This document shows, in pieces, positions 56,274-64,000 of a stretch of DNA of 64,000 bases; the first letter of the stretch is position 1, and each line of letters opens with the position of its first letter. The stretch lies in NCBI GenBank assembly GCA_964406075.1, contig CAYOQI010000005.1, positions 14,021-78,020 on the forward strand, in the 5' to 3' direction. A program made the position numbers and the translations under genes. Source of the DNA: an uncultured Pseudomonadales bacterium (lineage in GTDB: Bacteria > Patescibacteriota > Microgenomatia > UBA1400 > PJMF01). Below the pieces are notes generated by a model. The model was given only the letters and a program-made list of their open reading frames with translations, ran no database searches and had not been told where the DNA came from.

Positions 56274-58493
56274 ATGATTTCACAGTCTTCGGGTAAACTT
56301 CCCAAGAAAAAAATGACATTTATCGATCGTAAGCTTGATGGTGGGATGGGGATGGCTGTGGCGAAGCGGACATATTTGCGTACTGTCATTGATAAAGAGA
56401 CTAAAGAGGAGCGATGGGAAACTTGGGCTGAAGTAGCTGATCGGGTTGCGAAAGGGAATACTGGTTTATTAAAGAAATTGAACAAAAAATTTGACGCAGA
56501 TCGCAGAACCGATTATGCCCTAATGAAGAAACATATTAGTAATGGTTCGCTTTTGATGTCAGGACGTCACTTGCAGCACGGAGACGAGACTCAATCTGAC
56601 CGTAACATGGAGGTTTTCACCAACTGTAGTACAGCTTCTTCGTCATATATTTTGTTTTATCTACTGATGAATGGATCAGGTGTTGGTCGTCCGTATGACG
56701 ATGATATGACTATCGTGAACTGGGACAACATGCCGAATGTTCGTTGTGTGATTGATGAAACTCATGGTGATTTTGTTTGGGGATTTGATGAAAGTACCAA
56801 AGATGCTCGTCACAAATATGGCGATCTTGATGAAGAAGATAATGTGCATTGGTTTGAAGTTCCTGACAGTCGTGAGGGTTGGGCTCAAGCAATTGAAATG
56901 ATGGAAGTTATGGCATATGAGAAAAAATTTAAAGATGACGTCTTAATTTTGGATTTCTCAAAAGTTCGCCCAAAAGGTGCTCCAATCGCTGGGATGCAAA
57001 ACCGTCCTTCTTCTGGTCCCAAGCCCTTGATGAACGCAATTCAAAAAGTGACGACGCTCAAAGGAGCGGGTATGTCACCTTGGAAGCAAGCGATTTTTGT
57101 TGATCATTACTTAGCTGAGTGTGTATTAGTTGGTGGAGCTCGTCGCAGTGCTCGCATCGCTACTAAAACTTGGAGTGACCCTGAAATCTTTGACTTTATT
57201 AACATCAAACGAGGTGGCTTCTTATGGAGTGCCAATAACTCAGTTGCAGTTGATGAAAAATTTTGGAAACAACGAAGTAATCACGCACGCAAAGTTTTGA
57301 CTGCGATCATGAAGGCCAGTTACGAAGATGGTACTGGTGAGCCAGGTTTTATTAATCAACATCGCTTAGTCCAGAATGATGATGGCTACGAAGGATACCA
57401 AGATGGAAAGTATGCTGAAAGTGCTAAGTACAAACCGTTTAAACGTACCGAAAAAATGTTGTCACACATAGCTCGCAATGCTGGTGCCAAAATTTACTCT
57501 CAGATTCCCAACCCATGTGGTGAGATTTCACTCAACATGTTGGGTGGGTATTGTGTGATTGCTGACGTTGTGCCGTATTTTGCACCCACTATTGACGACG
57601 CTGAAGAAGCTTTTCGTACTGCCACTAGAGCATTAATTCGCGTCAACACCATGGATTCTCTCTACAAGCGAGAAGTGCAACGGACCAACCGAATTGGTGT
57701 GGGTATGACCGGTATTCACGAGTTTGCGTGGAACAACTTTGGATACAGTTTTCGCGACCTGATTGATGAAAAAAAGTCTCAGGATTTCTGGCAAACTATT
57801 GCTCGTTTCAAACGTGCAGTGGTAGATGAAGCAGAGATGTACTCCAAGAAGCTTGGAGTGGTAGTCCCTCATACCAATACCACTATTAAACCATCGGGGA
57901 CGATTTCTAAATTGTTTGCTCTGACTGAAGGTGCACACTTACCCTCAATGCGTGAGTACATTCGTTGGGTGCAGTATCGTAGTGATGATCCCATGGTCAA
58001 AAAATATCAGAAAAAAGGTTACCCAGTCAAAGAACTGAAGAGTTACTCGGGTTCGACTGCGGTCGGTTTTCCTACTCAGCCATTGATCTGTCGTTTAGGT
58101 ATGGATGACTTACTCGTCACGGCTGCTGAAGCCACTCCTGAAGAACAATACAAATGGTTGATGTTGCTCGAAAAATACTGGATTGTCGGGATAGATGAAA
58201 AAGGAGAGCCACTCCCAGATACAGGAAATCAAGTTTCCTACACGCTTAAGTACAACCCTTCAGTGGTGTCTTATAAAGGTTATTCTAAAATGGTTGAAAA
58301 ATACCAGAGTCAGGTCAAGTGTTGTAGTGTCATGCCACAGCAAGATTCGACGGCGTATGAATACCAGCCAGAGCAACCCGTGACCATTTCAGAGTTTATG
58401 AAAGCATTAAATGAAATTGAGGCTGATGAGACGCTCTTAGAGGATATTGATTACGAGCATTTGAAGTGTGAAAGTGGAGCGTGTCCAATTTAA
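56274..58493 (+). CDS. nrdJ: adenosylcobalamin-dependent ribonucleotide reductase, class II (monomeric RTPR-like)
   Basis: 739 aa. The active-site loop is IPNPCGEISL. The C-terminal redox pair is C-E-S-G-A-C-P-I. Directly downstream of nrdR. The length and C-x4-C tail recall Lactobacillus leichmannii RTPR. Confidence 0.75.
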   Translation: MISQSSGKLPKKKMTFIDRKLDGGMGMAVAKRTYLRTVIDKETKEERWETWAEVADRVAKGNTGLLKKLNKKFDADRRTDYALMKKHISNGSLLMSGRHLQHGDETQSDRNMEVFTNCSTASSSYILFYLLMNGSGVGRPYDDDMTIVNWDNMPNVRCVIDETHGDFVWGFDESTKDARHKYGDLDEEDNVHWFEVPDSREGWAQAIEMMEVMAYEKKFKDDVLILDFSKVRPKGAPIAGMQNRPSSGPKPLMNAIQKVTTLKGAGMSPWKQAIFVDHYLAECVLVGGARRSARIATKTWSDPEIFDFINIKRGGFLWSANNSVAVDEKFWKQRSNHARKVLTAIMKASYEDGTGEPGFINQHRLVQNDDGYEGYQDGKYAESAKYKPFKRTEKMLSHIARNAGAKIYSQIPNPCGEISLNMLGGYCVIADVVPYFAPTIDDAEEAFRTATRALIRVNTMDSLYKREVQRTNRIGVGMTGIHEFAWNNFGYSFRDLIDEKKSQDFWQTIARFKRAVVDEAEMYSKKLGVVVPHTNTTIKPSGTISKLFALTEGAHLPSMREYIRWVQYRSDDPMVKKYQKKGYPVKELKSYSGSTAVGFPTQPLICRLGMDDLLVTAAEATPEEQYKWLMLLEKYWIVGIDEKGEPLPDTGNQVSYTLKYNPSVVSYKGYSKMVEKYQSQVKCCSVMPQQDSTAYEYQPEQPVTISEFMKALNEIEADETLLEDIDYEHLKCESGACPI

Positions 58494-58508
58494 AAAAAGA
58501 ATAAAAAT

Positions 58509-58545
58509 AAATAAGCGTGCTCTTTTGGGCACGCTTATTTTGTAA
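58509..58545 (+). terminator. rho-independent terminator after nrdJ
   Basis: AAATAAGCGTGC-tcttttgg-GCACGCTTATTT followed by TGT. Confidence 0.75.
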
Positions 58546-58572
58546 GAAGAACAATGGTATATAATTACAACT

Positions 58573-58920
58573 ATGAAGTTTTTTCCGTTAGCTGATCTGC
58601 AACCTCAAACTCGAACACCGTCGTCTCAAGGATTTACTACGCTACTTTTTCAACGAACCGTCACATTAGAGGGATTGCAAAAAGAATTTACGAAAATTTT
58701 GCTTTTTCCACGTCGACGTCGCGAAAAATGGCTTGATCAACATCAAGATTTTATTTATCAAATGCTTCATCATGTTCGTCAAGAAAGTTCTTTTGTCGTC
58801 AATGAATTAATTACTCAGAAAACAAGTCAGCAACAAGTCACCGAGTATATGGTTACACTTCAGCAAACGCTCATAACACTTGAAAGAATCGTTGACGAAG
58901 CAGATGAATTGAAAGTCTAG
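58573..58920 (+). CDS. hypothetical protein (sits in the position usually held by rnpA upstream of yidC; no RnpA motif seen)
   Basis: 115-aa ORF. TATAAT lies 7 nt upstream of the ATG with no Shine-Dalgarno, so it may be leaderless. Confidence 0.4.
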   Translation: MKFFPLADLQPQTRTPSSQGFTTLLFQRTVTLEGLQKEFTKILLFPRRRREKWLDQHQDFIYQMLHHVRQESSFVVNELITQKTSQQQVTEYMVTLQQTLITLERIVDEADELKV

Positions 58921-58937
58921 ATACACGTCATTTTCCT

Positions 58938-59723
58938 ATGTTCCACCTATTTCAGGTATTTATTTACCAACCTTTTTTTAATTTACTCGTTGGGTTGTAT
59001 TGGTTATTGAACCAAATTCCTGGTGCCGATTTGGATATGGGTGTGGCAGTCATCGTATTTACGATTCTGATCCGTATCCTTTTACTTCCCATTTCCTTAG
59101 CCGCCCATCGTCAGGAAAAGACGCGCAAAGAGATTGAGTCAGAAATCAAATCAATTGAAGAAAAATATGCAAATGATCCTGTCATCCTTCGGCAAGAATC
59201 AAAAAAAACTTTTCGTCGCAATAGAGGTGTCGTAGTAGCTGAGTTATTTAGTTTAGCTCTTCAGGTTATTGTGGCATTGATGTTGTGGAAAGTATTTGGA
59301 AGTGGATTACGAGGTGAAGATGTTCACTTGGTTTATTCGTGGATGCCAGAGATTTTCCCCATTCCGGACGAAAAACTCATGTTTATGGGATATTCTCTCT
59401 GGGAACCACATTGGCAACTCAATTTGATCCAATCGTTATTAATTTTCGTGGTGGAAACCTTAGCCGTCTATGTATCACCGTATCCTATCTCCAAAGGAGA
59501 AGTCGTTCGATTGCAACTGGTATTACCAGTTATTTCTTTTGCGATCTTCTCTCAACTCCCCGGTGGAAAAAAACTTTTTGTGATTGTAACGCTGCTTTTT
59601 AGTCTGGCAATCATTCTCATTCGAGCGATTAGCTTGAAACTCAGAGAAATTCAGAACAGAATAGAAAAGAAAGAAGAATTGGCTCAAAAACAGGAAGATC
59701 AAGTACTGGTAGATGTCCATTAA
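58938..59723 (+). CDS. yidC: membrane protein insertase YidC/Oxa1 (short form)
   Basis: GVAVIVFTILIRILLLPISL...Q-x-K-x-x-x-I-x-x-E-I-K-x-I-x-x-KY and 5 predicted TM helices. Confidence 0.8.
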   Translation: MFHLFQVFIYQPFFNLLVGLYWLLNQIPGADLDMGVAVIVFTILIRILLLPISLAAHRQEKTRKEIESEIKSIEEKYANDPVILRQESKKTFRRNRGVVVAELFSLALQVIVALMLWKVFGSGLRGEDVHLVYSWMPEIFPIPDEKLMFMGYSLWEPHWQLNLIQSLLIFVVETLAVYVSPYPISKGEVVRLQLVLPVISFAIFSQLPGGKKLFVIVTLLFSLAIILIRAISLKLREIQNRIEKKEELAQKQEDQVLVDVH

Positions 59724-59786
59724 GCCATATCTTACGTATTTCTGGAATTCAGAGTAAAATACGTACATTACATAACCGGTTATTTT

Positions 59787-60449
59787 ATGGAATTTGATCG
59801 ATTAGTTGTTTCATTTCTTGTAGATGAAGTCGTAGGTGGCTTTTTTATTTCTGTTCCTCCAGGACATGTTGCGTGTGTATATGACCGTGGTCGAGGAGTA
59901 CTTCCTCATGTCTGGGGTCCAGGTCTTCACTTCAAAATTCCTTTTTGGCAAATTGCAAAACTTTTTAATGCTCAAATACTCGAGTACACTATTCGACGAA
60001 ATTTTGATTTCACCAGTAATAAAGAATCATTGGGTGATGAACCAATCGTCATTACTACCAAAGATGGAAAAACGGTATCGATGGAAGGTTCAATCTTATT
60101 CCGTATTGATCGTCATAATGCTCCAGAACTATGGGAAAATCTCGGTGAAAATGTGGTTTCAAAAGTAGTGAGACCTTTTGCTCGTAGTCGAATCAGTGCC
60201 GGCTTCTCAGTTTTTACTGCTCAAGAGATTGCCGCCAATCGAACTCGAATTGAAAATTTACTCAAAGAAGAACTAAACCGATCTTTTGAAGATAAGGGAT
60301 TACTGTGTGAAGGTGTGTTGTTGTCAGAGGTAAAATTACTTGAAAATGGACACCGAGAGCAGACCTTGATTCAAGAAGATACACATATTGTAGGCGCAGG
60401 GACGCATGCTTCCTTACCGACAAATGTTGATGATCCTTCCTCGAACTAA
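59787..60449 (+). CDS. SPFH/Band 7 (prohibitin-like) domain protein
   Basis: VPPGHVACVYDRGRGVL...GPGLHFKIPFWQ ... ITTKDGKTVSMEGSILFRI, typical of the SPFH fold. Confidence 0.75.
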   Translation: MEFDRLVVSFLVDEVVGGFFISVPPGHVACVYDRGRGVLPHVWGPGLHFKIPFWQIAKLFNAQILEYTIRRNFDFTSNKESLGDEPIVITTKDGKTVSMEGSILFRIDRHNAPELWENLGENVVSKVVRPFARSRISAGFSVFTAQEIAANRTRIENLLKEELNRSFEDKGLLCEGVLLSEVKLLENGHREQTLIQEDTHIVGAGTHASLPTNVDDPSSN

Positions 60450-60468
60450 TTTTTCGTCACTTGTGTAC

Positions 60469-60506
60469 TTGACAGCCCCTTAGCACTTATATAATATAAC
60501 TGCTAC
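60469..60506 (+). promoter_or_regulatory. groES promoter with overlapping degenerate CIRCE-like inverted repeat
   Basis: TTGACA (60469-74) - 17 nt - TAATAT (60492-97). TTAGCACTT-N9-AACTGCTAC (60480-60506) compares with the CIRCE consensus TTAGCACTC-N9-GAGTGCTAA. The left arm matches 8/9 and the right arm 6/9. Confidence 0.4.
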
Positions 60507-60572
60507 CTAAGAAACTTCTGTCCATTCTTAAAATTTCATTTATATATCAATATATTTATAGGAGAAAACTGT

Positions 60573-60875
60573 ATGGTATCTCTTTCCCCAAAACAGATTA
60601 ACCCAGCGCCAGGGTACGTATTCGTAGAACCGGCGGAAGCTCAAAAACAAACATCTTCAGGAATTTATCTCCCTGATTCACATGGTGAAAAACCTCAGCA
60701 CGGAAAAGTGTTAGCTGTTGGTGATGCTGCGATGGACGATGGAGCTGAGATCAAAAGTCCCGTCAAAGTCGGTCAAACCGTGATTTACAAAAAATGGGGT
60801 GGAAATGAACTCAAAATTGGCGATATTGAGTACCAATTTTTGAAATTTGAGGATATTTTAGCGATTATAAAGTAA
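60573..60875 (+). CDS. groES: co-chaperonin GroES
   Basis: PAPGYVFVEPAEAQKQTSSGIYLPDS...HGKVLAVG...VGQTVIYKKWGG. Confidence 0.95.
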   Translation: MVSLSPKQINPAPGYVFVEPAEAQKQTSSGIYLPDSHGEKPQHGKVLAVGDAAMDDGAEIKSPVKVGQTVIYKKWGGNELKIGDIEYQFLKFEDILAIIK

Positions 60876-60887
60876 TTAAGGATATGA

Positions 60888-61166
60888 ATGAATCAAGAAG
60901 AATTAAGGCAAAAAACTGAAGAAATTGAAAGAAAAGTAGAGCAATTAGGAATAGAAGCTCTTAAGCGAGATCCGAAAATATCTGTGGAAGATTTAAACGG
61001 ATTGCGAGCTGAAATAGAACAGATTGAGAGTGAATCAACTATTTCTGTTTCAGAAGGGGAATATTCTAGAAGTCAGCTTGAAGCATTGTTGAATGAATTT
61101 CCTAATTGGGAGGGTAAAAGACGCCTACTAAATACAATTGAAAAATCTATAAGAAGAAAAAATTAA
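60888..61166 (+). CDS. hypothetical acidic coiled-coil protein inserted between groES and groEL
   Basis: 92-aa ORF with an AAGGA Shine-Dalgarno 6-7 nt upstream. Heptad-like EELRQKTEEIERKVEQL. Confidence 0.5.
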   Translation: MNQEELRQKTEEIERKVEQLGIEALKRDPKISVEDLNGLRAEIEQIESESTISVSEGEYSRSQLEALLNEFPNWEGKRRLLNTIEKSIRRKN

Positions 61167-61184
61167 AAGATTAAATTAAAATAA

Positions 61185-62822
<1,638 letters not shown>

Positions 62823-62843
62823 TTTTGAGTAAAAATTATTTAG

Positions 62844-62877
62844 AAACGGCTCTCGAAAGAGAGCCGTTTTATTTTGT
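62844..62877 (+). terminator. rho-independent terminator after groEL
   Basis: AAACGGCTCTC-GAAA-GAGAGCCGTTT followed by TATTTTG. Confidence 0.85.
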
Positions 62878-62902
62878 CTAGTAAAAGCTTACAATTTAAG
62901 AT

Positions 62903-63973
62903 ATGGATATTCCAGAAAATAAAGTACAAAAAACTCGAAGTTTTTCTTCACAGTTAATTTTTACATTTGTCGCATTTTTTATTACTTCAAATATCTTGAC
63001 TTTTTATCTGACCCGAACATTGAATACTAGACTTGATAATGAGTCCTTATCAGGATCGGAACCTCAAATTATCAATGTCAGACCAGCTCCCACTTCCTAC
63101 TATCCAAGTTATAAACTTCACAAAATGATTGAGGGGAAAATTTATACTCTGATAAGTAAAGAAGAAGTTACTTCGGAAGAAGAGTATTTTAGCAATTTGC
63201 AATTGAAAGAAAATGGCGAGCCTCTTTCGAATGACTATTCCGAGCTTGGTCGAGAGATGGCTAGATTCATTACTCCTCAAACGAAAGATTTTTGGATTGA
63301 TTTTGAGAATAATCGGTTCTATTTACTGAATACACGTTCGTCTCAGTCTGGAGGAAAGGCTTCATCTGATTTTGTTCTTTTGGAAGAGTTCTCTTACGAT
63401 GACTCGAGTTTACGAGGAGGACAATATAAAGTTGTTCGAGCACTTCCAATCTCTGTATATTCAGGATGGGAAATACTTCACTTTGATAAAAACAGACAAG
63501 CATTTGTTTTAAAGATGGGACAAGGTGACGGTTGCGGTGGAGGTGGGAGTATTTATACTTTGCCTTTGGGTTCAGCTGTGATGAAGAATATTGTCTCCTA
63601 TGGAAGAGGATGCGCTTTTGATGAAAAAAATCCATATCGATTTGGAGGCATGCTCAATGGAAGACTTATCTTGTCTGAAGCTGAGCTAGCGAAAGAAAAT
63701 TTTAATGGATATATTTCAGTAGATTTGAAAAATATTTATTTGCTTGATCCCTTTTCTTTAAATAAAGAAGTCATAACTGATGATAAAGAAATTTTATTTG
63801 GAAAAGATCTGGATGGTTGGAGAGCAAGTGAGCGAAGCATGTTTACTGAAGGTATTTATTTAAGTGGTTACACTGCAACTCAATTGCAAGAATTAAATAA
63901 CAATAATTTGGGTACGGCAGAACTTTTCCAATATGATTTATTGACCAATACTTTAAATCAAGTGGCACAGTAA
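62903..63973 (+). CDS. hypothetical membrane-anchored extracytoplasmic protein
   Basis: 356 aa with an N-terminal TM (LIFTFVAFFITSNILTFYL). No motif recognised. Confidence 0.5.
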   Translation: MDIPENKVQKTRSFSSQLIFTFVAFFITSNILTFYLTRTLNTRLDNESLSGSEPQIINVRPAPTSYYPSYKLHKMIEGKIYTLISKEEVTSEEEYFSNLQLKENGEPLSNDYSELGREMARFITPQTKDFWIDFENNRFYLLNTRSSQSGGKASSDFVLLEEFSYDDSSLRGGQYKVVRALPISVYSGWEILHFDKNRQAFVLKMGQGDGCGGGGSIYTLPLGSAVMKNIVSYGRGCAFDEKNPYRFGGMLNGRLILSEAELAKENFNGYISVDLKNIYLLDPFSLNKEVITDDKEILFGKDLDGWRASERSMFTEGIYLSGYTATQLQELNNNNLGTAELFQYDLLTNTLNQVAQ

Positions 63974-64000
63974 TGACAATTTCCGAAATTTATTCCCATT
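63973..64000 (+). CDS. 5' end of an unidentified gene running off the window
   Basis: ATG overlapping the previous stop (TAATG), open to the window edge, only 9 codons visible. Confidence 0.2.

Overview
The window is a gene-dense, AT-rich bacterial chromosome segment. Gene content suggests a small-genome, monoderm-type organism, and my inference is Candidate Phyla Radiation / Patescibacteria (Microgenomates-like). The supporting traits are a class II B12-dependent RNR plus cobO, LDH, PilN/PilO-like genes, a VirD4-like ATPase, many membrane-anchored Pro/Thr-rich proteins, and TGA used as a stop codon. No similarity search was possible, so all product names rest on motifs I recognise in the supplied translations.

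Layout:
- 1-4.4 kb: lgt (3' fragment), DUF192, cobO and a VirD4/TraD-like ATPase.
- 4480-4553: a tRNA with anticodon UAU.
- 4.86-11.78 kb: a minus-strand operon of five paralogous Cys-rich / PT-linker surface proteins.
- 11.96-33.6 kb: a roughly 21.7 kb, very AT-rich glycan-assembly locus. It holds the Wzm/Wzt ABC exporter, about 9 GT-A/GT-B glycosyltransferases, an Alg14/Alg13-like pair, two GT-C (PMT/ArnT-like) enzymes, two Wzy_C/O-antigen-ligase-like proteins, a methyltransferase, an oxidoreductase, a DegT aminotransferase and a PglC-like initiating transferase.
- 33.6-37.7 kb: two more PT-rich anchored surface proteins, co-oriented with PilO-like and PilN-like genes.
- 37.8-64 kb: housekeeping genes (murJ, rpsT, lepA, smpB, ldh, cmk, two PBP1A genes flanking a GH18, nrdR-nrdJ, yidC, an SPFH protein, groES-ORF-groEL) plus several hypothetical membrane proteins.

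The most interesting signal is the roughly 33 kb cell-surface supercluster at 4.8-37.7 kb. The surface proteins share an unannotated N-terminal TM + SQD-x-RQQAQ motif, a recurring TPTPG[TA]GG[NS]xPTP hinge, and non-canonical P-x-[AS]-G C-terminal anchors. Two of them carry a 590-bp tract of perfect DNA identity inside otherwise diverged paralogs. They flank a glycan locus whose Wzy_C and GT-C enzymes would fit protein O-glycosylation.

Other oddities:
- a G8 tract inside a GT-C gene
- a 168-bp intergenic module bracketed by a perfect 20-bp inverted repeat
- an ORF wedged between groES and groEL
- an orphan HEPN-motif protein

I found no CRISPR array, transposase, integrase or rRNA.
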